From a virus (lineage: Duplodnaviria > Heunggongvirae > Uroviricota > Caudoviricetes): 64,000 nucleotides of DNA. A program made the translations under genes and the position numbers. The notes under the pieces were generated by a model that was not told where the DNA came from, searched no databases, and saw nothing but the letters and a program-made list of their open reading frames with translations. Location: the IMG/VR virus record IMGVR_UViG_3300002835_000086. One strand, written 5' to 3'. Shown here one piece after another: positions 26,199 through 37,425 of this stretch (positions are counted from its first letter, which is position 1; each line of letters begins with the position of its first letter).

Positions 26199-27055
26199 TG
26201 ATTGTTGAAATCGATGACTTGTTGTCTTCGTTGTTCTACGAATAACCCGACTCTGTCTCGAGCCACTTTAGAATAGTTTGGACTCAGTTCAATACCAATC
26301 CATCTTCTGTCAAGTGTCTCAGCGGCGACCAAACTTGTACCTGAACCTGCGAATGGGTCAAGAACAATGTCATTCTTATACGTAAGAATTTTGATTGCCT
26401 TGGTTGGAATATCCATTGAGAACGTGGCTTTAGTTAGACTTCGTGTGTCAGCAAAGTATTTCCACTGTCCGAAAACCAAATCGATGAACTCACGTTTTTG
26501 TTGTTCCGTATACATCATCTTTGGTCTCATATTACCATCCTTACCTTCTACTTCTCCCATTTCGCCAGTCCATTCAGGTTGACCTTTTACTTTCTTAATG
26601 TGTTTGTTTTTGTATGCCAAAATAACACATTCTTTTGGGTTATAGATGTAAGGGGCTGAAGGGCTCATCCAAGACCCCCAAGCCGTGGTACGACTTCTAT
26701 GTGGTGATTCTTCTTCAAGGTCAACAACTCCGAAGAATTTGTAACCAATCTGTTTCATAATCTGCCACACTTCACTGACCATAAAGATTCTACCTCCTTT
26801 ATCCTGACGGTTGATTTCGTATGGGATGTTAAGAGCAATCCTACCATCATCTTTCAATACACGGTATGCTTGTTCCATCCACGAATATGTAAATTTTACA
26901 TATTCCTCCCAAACCATATCATCTTCGTGAACATCATAATCGATACCAACACCATAAGGTGGTGATGTAACAATCAGGTCCACTGAACCTTCAGGCATCG
27001 AAGCCATCACTTCAATACAATCTCCATTAATTACTCTTCCAATTAAATCTTCCAT
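26186..27055 (-). CDS. beta-class DNA methyltransferase (N6-adenine or N4-cytosine), orphan
   Basis: Motif IV SPPY near the N-terminus (LIVTSPPYGVG) and motif I DPFAGSGTS near the C-terminus, the circular permutation typical of beta-class amino-MTases. There is no adjacent endonuclease. Confidence 0.85.
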   Translation of the reverse strand: MEDLIGRVINGDCIEVMASMPEGSVDLIVTSPPYGVGIDYDVHEDDMVWEEYVKFTYSWMEQAYRVLKDDGRIALNIPYEINRQDKGGRIFMVSEVWQIMKQIGYKFFGVVDLEEESPHRSRTTAWGSWMSPSAPYIYNPKECVILAYKNKHIKKVKGQPEWTGEMGEVEGKDGNMRPKMMYTEQQKREFIDLVFGQWKYFADTRSLTKATFSMDIPTKAIKILTYKNDIVLDPFAGSGTSLVAAETLDRRWIGIELSPNYSKVARDRVGLFVEQRRQQVIDFNNQNPH

Positions 27056-27056
27056 A

Positions 27057-28226
27057 TTATAATCCTAAAATTTCAAGGGTTTTATTCACTCTACTTTGTG
27101 GTGACAAGTTTCTTTCATAATACTCCCTTGCGTTTTTAGAAATATAACTTAAAAATTCGTGGTCATCAACAACCTCTTTGAATCTTTCCTCAATCATTTT
27201 TACGTGGTGAGGTCCTGATAGTCGGTCACTGGCAACTCCATTGTGTCTTGGCATATCATCAGGATATGGAACAGAAATGTAATGTACGTTTGGAATTAAC
27301 TTTTCGTGCATTTCAACTTGGAACTCAAATCTAATCAATGGCATTCCAATCGCCATACATTCAATGTCTCTATAACAAAGTTCTCCCACTCCTGCCATAG
27401 ACAACGACACTTGGTAATCTATCATATCATTGAAGTATGCTTCAGGGGTTGTTGGTGTTTCGGGACAATACAACAACTCATCCGAGAAATGTTTTAAAGC
27501 GGGTCTTTGTGAAACATTACCTCTGAAATACATTAAAGGTACTTTGTTTTGAACGTGTTTTCTTTTGTGATAAAACTGTTCCAAGTCAATCAAACCAGAT
27601 GGGAAATAAATCCAAGGTGAGTATTTGTCATAGTTATTATCAACGTGGTGTTTAATCTTGTAATCAATGAACTGTGAAATCAAAACCTTCTTACATAAAG
27701 GATTGTGTTTCTCATTCATAGTTGCGTAACCCAAGTCATCAGAGACACTCATAATCCAAAACTCACCAGAGTCAGCATCTTCAATAACATATTCACACTC
27801 CAACAATAAGAATTCTTTGGCAAGACCTTTTTTTAATTTAATTTCTTGTCTGTCAAAGTGAGCATTCTCAAAATGCCTGTTCTCAATAACCTCATATCGT
27901 TCTGATAGTTCTTGGGTTAACTCATCCCAAAATAAATTGTAATTACGATAGTATCGAGTTTTGTCATTTGTTGGGTTATGGATTATCAGTCTACGATGAG
28001 GTTTATCACCATTTCCACTTTTATTCTGAACCTCACGGTTGAGATACCATAGAGCTTTATTCAAATCTTGAAGTTCCTTGTCAGTCCCCTTTTTACCTGC
28101 CCTTGAAATATATTTTACAGTATTCCCAAGATTAAATCCTAAGTCCCAAGCTTCAATAACTTTTATTGCTTCATATGGATTATTCTTTCCCCCATAATGT
28201 TGAGGGTGATTTACTTGTTCACTCAT
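27057..28226 (-). CDS. DUF3310-domain protein fused to a GT-B-like glycosyltransferase domain
   Basis: N-terminal 65 aa (VNHPQHYGG...IEAWDLGFNLGNTVKYISRAGKKG...DLNKALWYL) is a textbook DUF3310. The C-terminal part contains GELCYRDIECMAIGMPLI, resembling the GT1/GT4 E-x7-E motif. Confidence 0.5.
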   Translation of the reverse strand: MSEQVNHPQHYGGKNNPYEAIKVIEAWDLGFNLGNTVKYISRAGKKGTDKELQDLNKALWYLNREVQNKSGNGDKPHRRLIIHNPTNDKTRYYRNYNLFWDELTQELSERYEVIENRHFENAHFDRQEIKLKKGLAKEFLLLECEYVIEDADSGEFWIMSVSDDLGYATMNEKHNPLCKKVLISQFIDYKIKHHVDNNYDKYSPWIYFPSGLIDLEQFYHKRKHVQNKVPLMYFRGNVSQRPALKHFSDELLYCPETPTTPEAYFNDMIDYQVSLSMAGVGELCYRDIECMAIGMPLIRFEFQVEMHEKLIPNVHYISVPYPDDMPRHNGVASDRLSGPHHVKMIEERFKEVVDDHEFLSYISKNAREYYERNLSPQSRVNKTLEILGL

Positions 28227-28229
28227 ATA

Positions 28230-29393
28230 TTAATCGTTATAAATTGAACCACTTTTATTTTCAGACTCTTCGAATTGATGTTGTTCCATAATATCTTTAA
28301 GTGGTGATTTTTGAGTATCAACTTTAGTATTCATATTATGAATAATCTTATCAAGAGTTAATGCAAAGTCCAGAGTTTCGGATATGATACCAACAATTTT
28401 ATATGGGTCACCATTTGATGCCGGTCTACGGTCTTCAACATAACCCTTCCATTCTTTTGATGTAGACAATGGAACTCTGATTGATGCACCTCGGTCAGCA
28501 ACCCCCCAACTAAACTTGTCAATAGATTGGGTTTCGTGTTTACCAGTCAAACGAAGATTGTTATCAGAACCGTAATTGTTAATGTGTAACTGATGACGTG
28601 AATCAAAGGCGTTAAAGATGTTTTTGAAGTATTCATCACCACCTTCATTTCTCATCTTGTCATTTGAGAAGTTACAGTGTAATCCTGAACCATTCCAATC
28701 ACCCATCACAGGTTTAGGGTGGAATTCAATCTTAAAACCATAGTCCTCAGACATTTGTTGTAAAATGTATCTCGACATCCACAAATCATCACCGGCCTTT
28801 AATTTACCTTTGGAGAATACCTGGTACTCCCACTGACCCAATAAGACCTCGGCGTTTGTACCTGTAATTTCAATACCTGCCAAGATACAATTTTCCATAT
28901 GAGTATCCACAAATTTTCTACCGTTAACTTGTCCGTTACCTACACCACAATAGTATTTTCCTTGTGGTTCAGGATATCCATTCTCAGGGAAACCCAAAGG
29001 TCTACCATCTTTCATAATGGTATACTCTTGTTCAAAACCAAACCAAAGGTCCTCTTCTTCTTCCCCAACAAGACTTCTTGTATTTGATACGTGTGGAGTC
29101 CCATCGGGATTCATAACCTCACACAACACCAAGAAAGACCATAGACCACCTTCGTTAAGTGAGTTGTGATAAACTCTAACAGGTTTCAAAATACAATCAG
29201 AAAAATGTCCGTCAGCTTGTTGTGTTGATGAACCATCAAAACTCCACTCAGGGCAATCCTTCAGTGTTATAATATCCCCATATGGAATATTCTGAAGACC
29301 AGTCTCTTCTTTTTCAATCACCTTAACCTTACTTCTAAGATTAGGTTCTGGCTGATACCCATCCAACCACACATATTCTAATTTAACTTTCAT
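28230..29393 (-). CDS. glutamine synthetase type II (eukaryote-like GSII) homologue
   Basis: N-terminal KVKLEYVWLDG, GPYYC-like KYYCGVGNGQVNGRKF and NRGASIR-like DRGASIRVP motifs; at 387 aa it is the size of GSII. Confidence 0.8.
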   Translation of the reverse strand: MKVKLEYVWLDGYQPEPNLRSKVKVIEKEETGLQNIPYGDIITLKDCPEWSFDGSSTQQADGHFSDCILKPVRVYHNSLNEGGLWSFLVLCEVMNPDGTPHVSNTRSLVGEEEEDLWFGFEQEYTIMKDGRPLGFPENGYPEPQGKYYCGVGNGQVNGRKFVDTHMENCILAGIEITGTNAEVLLGQWEYQVFSKGKLKAGDDLWMSRYILQQMSEDYGFKIEFHPKPVMGDWNGSGLHCNFSNDKMRNEGGDEYFKNIFNAFDSRHQLHINNYGSDNNLRLTGKHETQSIDKFSWGVADRGASIRVPLSTSKEWKGYVEDRRPASNGDPYKIVGIISETLDFALTLDKIIHNMNTKVDTQKSPLKDIMEQHQFEESENKSGSIYND

Positions 29394-29398
29394 ATTAT

Positions 29399-29590
29399 TT
29401 AATTTTCTTTTTTTACAACGTAGTAACCTTTGGAATAACTAGACTCCTCAATCAATCCTTCATCCATTAGTTTATTTAATTTAACTTCAGTTTCATTTTC
29501 AGTCTCTTTCAAAATGTATTTTGAAATGTAACTGATGTGAATTGGTTGTCTCAACTTAGAAAGTAGTGTCTTGAGCGTCTTGTCTTCCAT
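29399..29590 (-). CDS. hypothetical small protein
   Basis: 63 aa; first of four consecutive small minus-strand ORFs. Confidence 0.3.
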   Translation of the reverse strand: MEDKTLKTLLSKLRQPIHISYISKYILKETENETEVKLNKLMDEGLIEESSYSKGYYVVKKEN

Positions 29591-29592
29591 AA

Positions 29593-29820
29593 TTAATAAT
29601 CTAAAAATTTATCATTGTCTTCCAAAAATTCTAAAAATGGGTGGTCATAATCCATATCAACCCATTTTCCTTTATTTCCATCCCATATCAAATATTCATC
29701 TGAGATATTTGTTCGGGTATATTTAAGTTCAAAAGTTTTACCCTTATCATCCTTGACCTTATATTGAGTTGTATAAGAGAATGATAGTTCTTCTGGTGGA
29801 CCTACAATTGAGTATTTCAT
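29593..29820 (-). CDS. hypothetical small protein
   Basis: 75 aa. Confidence 0.3.
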   Translation of the reverse strand: MKYSIVGPPEELSFSYTTQYKVKDDKGKTFELKYTRTNISDEYLIWDGNKGKWVDMDYDHPFLEFLEDNDKFLDY

Positions 29821-30041
29821 TTCTTTTTCTTTTTGTACTTTTTCTCAACACCCTCCGTTTTTTCTTTTTTCTTAACTTCGGTAATGATTGGAGCAACTCG
29901 TCCATCTTCTTTCCATTCGTTCTTTGGAATGAACTTCCAATAACCCGTTGAAACTCGTTGGTCCGCAACCTTGTCTTCAACGCGCATAATTCGTCCCACC
30001 TCGTACTGAGATGTTTCTTTGATAGCTTTAATGCATTTCAT
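29817..30041 (-). CDS. hypothetical small basic protein (poly-Lys tail)
   Basis: 74 aa ending in KKYKKKKK. Confidence 0.3.
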   Translation of the reverse strand: MKCIKAIKETSQYEVGRIMRVEDKVADQRVSTGYWKFIPKNEWKEDGRVAPIITEVKKKEKTEGVEKKYKKKKK

Positions 30042-30243
30042 TTTTAGTAGTATTAGATTTTAAGTTAAATGTAGTAATGATTTCTTGTTCTGACAAATTC
30101 TTCTCATAAAGTTTATAAACTTTGCTTGAAAACTCATCCATAAAGATGATTGCGTCAGCCTTACCATAGAGACCGTCCAAATTGTATTTGTATAAGTAAT
30201 GTAAGGTTGTTTGTTCTGAAATGTATCGTCTGTGAAAACCCAT
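30028..30243 (-). CDS. hypothetical small protein
   Basis: 71 aa. Confidence 0.3.
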   Translation of the reverse strand: MGFHRRYISEQTTLHYLYKYNLDGLYGKADAIIFMDEFSSKVYKLYEKNLSEQEIITTFNLKSNTTKNEMH

Positions 30244-30252
30244 ATCACAAAA

Positions 30253-31038
30253 TTACGAAACAATTTTTAAATTATCAAAATTTTCTAACTTTTCTTTTGG
30301 GACACTTTGAAGAATATATGAAAGAAGTTTTCTTTTCGCCATTGGGATAAGCGTCTCTTCAAAAGGGAAATGTTGTCTTGATTGAAACTCAAACACAGGT
30401 AATTTACTTTGGTACACGTCTTGTTTCCAATTTGTAGATTCATTAATTATTTGATTAACTGTTCTACCATCAGTAACTCCTGAAAAAATAGACTCAAGAT
30501 GTAATTTAGAGTCTTTTGACTTTTTTATCTTTCTTATTGAGTACTCCCAAATGTATAACTCTTTTTCAGGTTTACGAGTATAAACTAAGTACCCATAACC
30601 TTTGTGTAAGTAGTTCTTATTTTTTTTATGTTGTATATCTGTAGATTCGTAAACAATAGACCATATGGATTTACCAATACTGAAAACATCCATAAGTTTT
30701 GAGTTTGAGTAATATAAAGTTTTCTTTAATTCTAAACTTTGGTCTTCATTTAGATTAGGTAATTTTTTTGGGTATAATTCTTTCAATAGAATTTCATCAT
30801 CACAAGTTTCGAATTTTTTATTCGTAAGTAATAATGTATTTTCTCGATTAATTGATTGGACATTAGCTAAATGAAGTGAAATCTCGACAAAATCAGGGTA
30901 TATCTTATAATCGTCAAAACTACTCTCACATTTTTGTATGTAATCTAATAGCGTATATTTGTTATACTCAAAATCTATTGGTTCCTGAAACATCCATTCA
31001 GGACTCAACTTAAATTGTGTTTTTCTCTTTCTTCCCAT
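30253..31038 (-). CDS. hypothetical protein
   Basis: 261-aa ORF. Confidence 0.5.
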   Translation of the reverse strand: MGRKRKTQFKLSPEWMFQEPIDFEYNKYTLLDYIQKCESSFDDYKIYPDFVEISLHLANVQSINRENTLLLTNKKFETCDDEILLKELYPKKLPNLNEDQSLELKKTLYYSNSKLMDVFSIGKSIWSIVYESTDIQHKKNKNYLHKGYGYLVYTRKPEKELYIWEYSIRKIKKSKDSKLHLESIFSGVTDGRTVNQIINESTNWKQDVYQSKLPVFEFQSRQHFPFEETLIPMAKRKLLSYILQSVPKEKLENFDNLKIVS

Positions 31039-31068
31039 TTACTAAATGATAATTAAAAAGAAAATTTA

Positions 31069-32820
31069 TTAAAGTTTTATAATGTAATAAGTCTCTCCTT
31101 GGACGGTCTCTTCGTGAACCGCCCCATCATTGTGTGACATCATATCATAACTCTCATTATCGATAACAGTATCTATAAATTTTTCCTTATCAATAAAATC
31201 ATCTAATTCTAATCCGTAATCCTCCGCGTATCCAGTTGGGTTGTATCTAACTTCATCCAACTTACTTTCAATCATATTTTCAATATCATCGTCTGAAAAA
31301 TCACCTTCAGGATTTTCTTCTATTTCTTCTTTTTGTTCTTCTAATTCAGTAATATAGTCTTCCAATTGACTAATTCTATCGTCAATTTTATCAACCTTAT
31401 CTTCATCATCAATCCCATATTTAATTTTTTCAAGTCTTTCTATCTCCCTTTGTGTTTGTAAAACTCTAGCGTCAATAATTTTAATAGTTTCAACTTGTTT
31501 TGAATCTAATTGTCTTTGGGAATCGTCTAAATAAGCATCAGGCTCTTGGTAAACGTCCTGATTGAAATAATCATCAAACCAATTAAGTATTTCATCCTCA
31601 TTAACCGCATTATCCTTAACCCAACTAGCAAACCCATCATACCCTTCAGTATCAACCATATCCTCAACATACTCTCTCAACGCATCATCCATCTCCGTCT
31701 CGGTACCCACAGTATATTCATCACCATATAGTTCAGTTGCAAATTTTTGCATTCCATAGTGTTGGGATTCCAAAGGTATTAAATCGTAAACGTCTTTATA
31801 TTCTTTAAACTCATCTAACTCTTCTTCTAATTGTTCAATCTGAGATAATAAATCATACCTTACAGTATCAGAATTTTCATATTCTTCTTGAAGTTCACTT
31901 ATTCTTTCTAAAATATCCGTTCTTCTTTCTTCATCATCTTCACTCATAGATTCGATTTCTCCCTCTGAAACCAAATAATCAAAAAGTGCGTGTGCCATCA
32001 ATCCTATAGTTGGGCAATCAGGACCTAACTCCCACTCTTTATCAATTCTTCGTTCATTTGCTTCTTCCATAGACAATCTTTTTTCTTGAGCAATCCTTTT
32101 TTCTTGTTCTTTTTTATCAATATCAGTCTTTGTTATGTAGTAATCTAAATTACTCATTTTGTCTTCATATTTTCTCTCAAGAAAACTAATAATAAACGAA
32201 TACACAACATTAAAGTTTGGTATAGAATTTAAAACATCCTCCATACCAACTCTCACATTTTTAACATAAAAATAAGGTTTGGAGTTTCTAACAAAAACAA
32301 TTGTTATTTTTTCCTCAGGATTATTTTTATTAATTAAATAGACAATTTTTTTGTCCCCATATTCCCCATATGTTATGTTAAACGAGTTTTCACTACTAAC
32401 GTCGACACATCCTACAGAATCTTTACCATAATAACAAGCGCCTGATTGGGTAGATGGTGAAACAATCAATAATTTATCATCTTCAAATATTATGGACTTG
32501 TTATTGGTAGTGGTCATATTGTTTAGATATTGACCGGTAAAACTATCTATTTGGTTTTTTAAATCTTCATATGAACCAAACTTATTAATGTCAGTTGTTT
32601 GTAAAACACCTTTAAGTCTTTCAAATTTCTGTGTCAAATCAATAATATTAATTAAGTTAATATTATCCCCTTCTTCAGGGAATTTGTTTGCAACCCAATC
32701 CCAATACTCAGGTTGGATGTATTTTACTATTGACGATAAGAGTGGTAAACTCAGTTTGTCCTTATATTTTGTTGTAAAATCAGACTTACTTTGTTCTTTT
32801 AATAACTTACGGATTGACAT
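31069..32820 (-). CDS. large acidic hypothetical protein (coiled-coil and Asp/Glu-rich C-terminal half)
   Basis: 583 aa with a very acidic coiled-coil C-terminal two-thirds; sits upstream of the fibre genes. Confidence 0.55.
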   Translation of the reverse strand: MSIRKLLKEQSKSDFTTKYKDKLSLPLLSSIVKYIQPEYWDWVANKFPEEGDNINLINIIDLTQKFERLKGVLQTTDINKFGSYEDLKNQIDSFTGQYLNNMTTTNNKSIIFEDDKLLIVSPSTQSGACYYGKDSVGCVDVSSENSFNITYGEYGDKKIVYLINKNNPEEKITIVFVRNSKPYFYVKNVRVGMEDVLNSIPNFNVVYSFIISFLERKYEDKMSNLDYYITKTDIDKKEQEKRIAQEKRLSMEEANERRIDKEWELGPDCPTIGLMAHALFDYLVSEGEIESMSEDDEERRTDILERISELQEEYENSDTVRYDLLSQIEQLEEELDEFKEYKDVYDLIPLESQHYGMQKFATELYGDEYTVGTETEMDDALREYVEDMVDTEGYDGFASWVKDNAVNEDEILNWFDDYFNQDVYQEPDAYLDDSQRQLDSKQVETIKIIDARVLQTQREIERLEKIKYGIDDEDKVDKIDDRISQLEDYITELEEQKEEIEENPEGDFSDDDIENMIESKLDEVRYNPTGYAEDYGLELDDFIDKEKFIDTVIDNESYDMMSHNDGAVHEETVQGETYYIIKL

Positions 32821-32909
32821 TATTTTTTATTTGATAAATACTTTGATTGATTTATATTTCTACAAGTTTACTATTTATATGTAATAAAACTCCAATACTA
32901 CAAAATTAT

Positions 32910-33059
32910 GGGATGTGGTTGTAAAAACAAAGCAAACAACAGTACTAACACTCAATCAAGTCAACAACAGACTCAAGCAACCGCTCAAAGAGCTCAGTAT
33001 GTTCAAGAGACTGTTAAAGATGCCATTAAGAAAACAGTTGAGAAATATTACAAACGTTA
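32910..33059 (+). CDS. small Gln-rich protein (49 aa, MGCGCK N-terminus), not in the ORF track
   Basis: My own translation of 32910-33059 gives a 49-aa ORF, followed by a clean terminator at 33085-33113. Confidence 0.3.
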
Positions 33060-33084
33060 AGTTGTAATATGTTAGTAAAATTAA

Positions 33085-33113
33085 AAGGGTGAAGAAATTC
33101 ACCCTTTTTTTAT
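33085..33113 (+). terminator. rho-independent terminator
   Basis: aagggtgaagaaattcaccctt followed by ttttttt. Confidence 0.6.
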
Positions 33114-33121
33114 ATTTATAA

Positions 33122-34144
33122 GTGATGACAGGGAAATTACAAAGATTAATCGACGATGTTAATAATGGTAAATTTGATATTATCAAAGATTTTTTTGGTG
33201 ATATGGAAACTTTTTTGGACTATCTTGGTAAAAAAGGTTTGATACACGAATTAGACCTTATTAACAACGAAGAAGAATTCGAATATGAAGTTAACAAAAT
33301 AGCCCTCGCAATTAAAGAACATAATCCCGAAAAATTTAGAGAATATGTTTTATCTTCATTAAGTGATGTTACTTATGAAAATGGTGAATACTATGTGACT
33401 TTGAATGATAAAAGTAGACTCGCGTATCTTTTTTGTGATGATAGAAGAAATGGTATGTCTCAATCAACAATATCAGAGATACTAGATGGTGAATGGGATT
33501 TTGATTTTTGGGATACTACCGATAATGTTTATAGGGATGTTATTCAAGAACTAAATAAGGATAATCTTACTTATTTATCAAAAAAAATAAGTAACGAATT
33601 ATCTGACGTTAAGGTAGAACCTGAAACAGAATTGTTAGAAGAAATTGCCGAGGAACAAGGTCATCCTGAATATGTAACCTTAACCCCCGAGTTGATTCAC
33701 GACAGAATATTCAATGATGAGGATTCAACAGAAAGTATTTTGAATGAAACCGAAAACATTAAATCAGATTTACACTCATTACATAACAGAGCATATGCAA
33801 ATGCTTATGAAGATGAGGTGTATAGTGGTATAATGGATGAACTTGAAACATTTTTTGATATGCGCCATTCTGATTGGATAACAGTTCCAAGTAGTGTAAA
33901 CCCAAACAAATCTTATACCTATTTCAAAGTTAAAATAAATAATTTTGATTCAGAGATTTCCGATTACCTTAATAACGCGAAGAATCATAATGAACCATTA
34001 AGTAATTATGGTGACTATCTTAGTATTTTGAGTGAAAATATTAGTTATGGTAGTGCCAATTGTTTGGTATATTACACGCCTGATTATGCGGATTGGCCAA
34101 AAACAAAAGAAAATATTAACGAACTTTTTGGTGACTATTTTTAA
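33122..34144 (+). CDS. hypothetical acidic protein
   Basis: 340-aa plus-strand ORF, convergent with the first collagen-like gene. Confidence 0.5.
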   Translation: MMTGKLQRLIDDVNNGKFDIIKDFFGDMETFLDYLGKKGLIHELDLINNEEEFEYEVNKIALAIKEHNPEKFREYVLSSLSDVTYENGEYYVTLNDKSRLAYLFCDDRRNGMSQSTISEILDGEWDFDFWDTTDNVYRDVIQELNKDNLTYLSKKISNELSDVKVEPETELLEEIAEEQGHPEYVTLTPELIHDRIFNDEDSTESILNETENIKSDLHSLHNRAYANAYEDEVYSGIMDELETFFDMRHSDWITVPSSVNPNKSYTYFKVKINNFDSEISDYLNNAKNHNEPLSNYGDYLSILSENISYGSANCLVYYTPDYADWPKTKENINELFGDYF

Positions 34145-37100
34145 ATAATCCCCTTTAGTTTAGCTTTATCCAAAACTTTTTTAGCTCTCTCTTCAAGAGA
34201 TGTTATTCTAACCTCTTGTTCTTTTAACGCTTCAATGTTAACGGCAATCATTTCTTTATAATTCATTGTTAACACTTTACCTTCAGTATAAATAACTTCA
34301 GGAACATAAGGCAAAACTTCTTGAGCAATAAATCCAATAGCTTTTTTGTCATTAGAACTATATTCTTTACCTCTCCATTTAAATGTGACACCTCTAATAC
34401 TTAATATCTTATTTAGAGCATCACCGATAGGTTTAACATCTTTTTTCAGTCTTTCATCTGAAGGACCTGTTGGTCCTTGTGGACCTTGAGCTCCTTGTGC
34501 TCCGAATGTTGAACTAGCACCTCCTTGAGCCCCTGGTGCTCCTTGTGCCCCTGTTGGACCTGGTGTTGCAGAACCTTGAGCACCTGTTGGTCCTTTAAGA
34601 CCTGTAGGTCCTTGTGCACCGACGGCTCCCTCAAAACCTTGTGAACCTTGAGCTCCTTGAGCCCCTGTTGCACCTTGTGCACCTTGTGGTCCATTAGGAG
34701 ACGTTGGCCCTTGAGCCCCTTGAGCTCCTTGAGCTCCAATAGCACCTGAATTTCCTTGAGCGCCTTGAGCACCTTGAGCGCCGGCTGTACCTGAACCTTG
34801 AGCACCTTGAGGTCCTGTTGGTCCTGTTGCACCTTGAGGTCCTGTTGGTCCTGTTGCACCTTGAGCACCTTGAAATCCTTGACCCCCTGTAGGTCCTACG
34901 GCTCCTTGTGAACCTTGAGCCCCTTGAGGTCCTGTTGGTCCTGTTGCACCTTGAGCTCCTTGAGCTCCAACAGGTCCTTGAGCACCTGTGGCTCCTTGGA
35001 ATCCCTGCTGACCATTAGGTCCTATTCCACCTACGTCCCCTTGAGCACCTTGCGCTCCTTGGAATCCTTGTCCTCCTGTTGCTCCTTGAGACCCTTGAGC
35101 ACCTGTTCCTCCTTGAGCTCCCTGAAAACCTTGTCCTCCTTGCGCCCCTTGTGGACCTTGAGCTCCTGTGGCACCTTGAGCACCTTGAGCTCCCTGCCCA
35201 CCTTGCGCTCCTTGTGGACCTATTGCTCCTTGGAAACCTTGTGCTCCTTGAAAACCTTGTCCTCCTTGAGCCCCTTGAGTTCCTGTTGCTCCTTGAGCAC
35301 CTTGAGCCCCTTGTGCTCCCTGTCCTCCTGTTGCGCCTTGAGCTCCTTGTGCTCCTTGTCCTCCTGTTGCTCCTTGGACTCCTTGTCCACCTGTTGCTCC
35401 TTGCGCACCTTGGTTACCAACAGCACCTTGAGCTCCTTGGAAACCTTGAGCCCCCTGACCTCCTTGTGCACCTTGTACTCCAACAGCACCTTGAGCCCCT
35501 TGTGCTCCTTGGAAACCTTGTCCTCCTTGAGCACCTTGAGTACCTGATATACCTACAGAACCTTGAGAACCTTGAGCCCCTTGTCCTCCTTGAGCACCTT
35601 GAGTTCCTGATACACCTTGAGCTCCTTGAGCCCCTTGGAAACCTTGACCTCCTTGAGCACCTTGAGTTCCTGTTGTACCTTGAGCCCCTTGAGCTCCTTG
35701 AAAACCTTGTCCTCCTTGAGCTCCTTGGGTTCCTGTTGCTCCTTGAGCTCCTTGAGCTCCTTGAGCTCCTTGGAAACCTTGAGCACCTTGGGTTCCTGTT
35801 GCACCTTGAGCCCCTTGAGCTCCTTGGAAACCTTGACCTCCTTGAGCCCCTTGGGTTCCTGTCGCTCCTTGTGCACCTTGAGCTCCTTGTGCTCCCTGTC
35901 CACCCTGAGCACCCTGAGTTGCTGTCGCTCCTTGCGCTCCTTGAGCTCCTTGAGCTCCTTGACCACCTTGAGCACCTTGGTTACCAACTGCCCCTTGTGA
36001 ACCTTGAGCCCCTTGTGCTCCTTGTCCACCTTGGGCTCCCTGATTACCTTTAGCCCCTTGAGCTCCTTGCGCCCCTTGGGCTCCTTGACCACCTTGAGCA
36101 CCTTGGTTACCAACTGCCCCTTGTGAACCTTGAGCCCCTTGCGCTCCTTGTCCACCTTGCGCTCCTTGTCCACCTTGAGCACCTTGAGCCCCTTGTGCTC
36201 CTTGAGCACCTTGTCCTCCTTGAGCACCTTGTGTTCCCGTTGCACCTTGAGCACCTTGAGCTCCTTGGAAACCTTGTCCACCTTGAGCACCCTGTGTTCC
36301 TGTTGCTCCTTGAGCCCCTTGTGCTCCTTGGGCTCCTTGTCCACCTTGAGCACCCTGTGTTCCTGTTGCACCTTGAGCACCTTGTGCTCCTTGGGCTCCT
36401 TGTCCACCTTGGGCACCTTGGTTACCCTTTCCACCTTGAGCACCTTGTGCTCCTTGGGCTCCTTGTCCACCTTGAGCACCCTGTGTTCCTGTTGCACCTT
36501 GAGCACCTTGTGCTCCTTGGGCTCCTTGTCCACCTTGGGCACCTTGGTTACCCTTTCCACCTTGAGCACCTTGTGCTCCTTGGGCCCCTTGTCCACCTTG
36601 AGCACCCTGATTACCTGTCGCACCCTGAGCCCCTTGAGCTCCTTGAGCTCCCTGTCCACCTTGTGCACCTTGGTTACCAACCGCTCCTTGTGAACCTTGA
36701 GCTCCTTGAGCTCCTTGTCCTCCTTGGGCGCCTTGGTTACCAACCGCTCCTTGTGAACCTTGAGCTCCTTGAGCACCTTGTCCACCTTGAGCACCTTGAT
36801 TACCTTTTCCACCTTGAGCGCCTTGAGCTCCTTGAGCTCCTTGTCCTCCTTGGGCACCTTGGTTACCAACCGCTCCTTGTGAACCTTGAGCTCCTTGAGC
36901 TCCTTGTCCACCTTGAGCGCCTTGATTACCTTTTCCACCTTGGGCGCCTTGAGCACCTTGAGCACCTTGTCCTCCTTGAGCCCCTTGGTTACCTGTTGCC
37001 CCTTGAGCTCCTTGTGCGCCTTGTGAACCTTGCCCTCCTGTTGCTCCTTGGGAACCTTGAGCTCCTTGGGCTCCTTGACTACCAACCGCTCCTTGAGCAC

Positions 37101-37425
37101 CTTGGTTACCAGTATTACCCTGAGCACCTTGTCCTCCTTGGGCACCTTGATTACCTTGAGCGCCTTGTGGTCCAGCATTTACATTACCTTTCCATCCGGT
37201 AGAGTCTATTATTAATCCGTAATTGTTTGTAACTGTATTAGCACTTAAATTTGTATTTTGTACTTGGAATATAGGTGCTGTCTTGGCAATTTTTAGATAT
37301 GTTGTTGTTTGATTTACAACATAATTCAATGTAGAACTAGAATATACCAAATCACTTCGAGTATTCCCCGAATCATAAAATTGTATTGTTATACTTGCAG
37401 GTACTATTATTATATTCTCAGCCAC
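34141..37425 (-). CDS. collagen-like (Gly-X-Y) fibre protein with C-terminal tail-fibre intramolecular-chaperone (peptidase S74) domain
   Basis: About 300 uninterrupted G-X-Y triplets ([12 protein letters not shown]...). A ~85-aa N-terminal domain is shared with the two paralogues. The C-terminus, [22 protein letters not shown]...IGFIAQEV, matches the S-D-x-R-L-K autocleavage site and chaperone fold of phage tail-fibre/tailspike C-terminal domains. Confidence 0.85.
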   Translation of the reverse strand: MAENIIIVPASITIQFYDSGNTRSDLVYSSSTLNYVVNQTTTYLKIAKTAPIFQVQNTNLSANTVTNNYGLIIDSTGWKGNVNAGPQGAQGNQGAQGGQGAQGNTGNQGAQGAVGSQGAQGAQGSQGATGGQGSQGAQGAQGATGNQGAQGGQGAQGAQGAQGGKGNQGAQGGQGAQGAQGSQGAVGNQGAQGGQGAQGAQGAQGGKGNQGAQGGQGAQGAQGSQGAVGNQGAQGGQGAQGAQGSQGAVGNQGAQGGQGAQGAQGAQGATGNQGAQGGQGAQGAQGAQGGKGNQGAQGGQGAQGAQGAQGATGTQGAQGGQGAQGAQGAQGGKGNQGAQGGQGAQGAQGAQGATGTQGAQGGQGAQGAQGAQGATGTQGAQGGQGFQGAQGAQGATGTQGAQGGQGAQGAQGAQGAQGGQGAQGGQGAQGAQGSQGAVGNQGAQGGQGAQGAQGAQGAKGNQGAQGGQGAQGAQGSQGAVGNQGAQGGQGAQGAQGAQGATATQGAQGGQGAQGAQGAQGATGTQGAQGGQGFQGAQGAQGATGTQGAQGFQGAQGAQGAQGATGTQGAQGGQGFQGAQGAQGTTGTQGAQGGQGFQGAQGAQGVSGTQGAQGGQGAQGSQGSVGISGTQGAQGGQGFQGAQGAQGAVGVQGAQGGQGAQGFQGAQGAVGNQGAQGATGGQGVQGATGGQGAQGAQGATGGQGAQGAQGAQGATGTQGAQGGQGFQGAQGFQGAIGPQGAQGGQGAQGAQGATGAQGPQGAQGGQGFQGAQGGTGAQGSQGATGGQGFQGAQGAQGDVGGIGPNGQQGFQGATGAQGPVGAQGAQGATGPTGPQGAQGSQGAVGPTGGQGFQGAQGATGPTGPQGATGPTGPQGAQGSGTAGAQGAQGAQGNSGAIGAQGAQGAQGPTSPNGPQGAQGATGAQGAQGSQGFEGAVGAQGPTGLKGPTGAQGSATPGPTGAQGAPGAQGGASSTFGAQGAQGPQGPTGPSDERLKKDVKPIGDALNKILSIRGVTFKWRGKEYSSNDKKAIGFIAQEVLPYVPEVIYTEGKVLTMNYKEMIAVNIEALKEQEVRITSLEERAKKVLDKAKLKGII

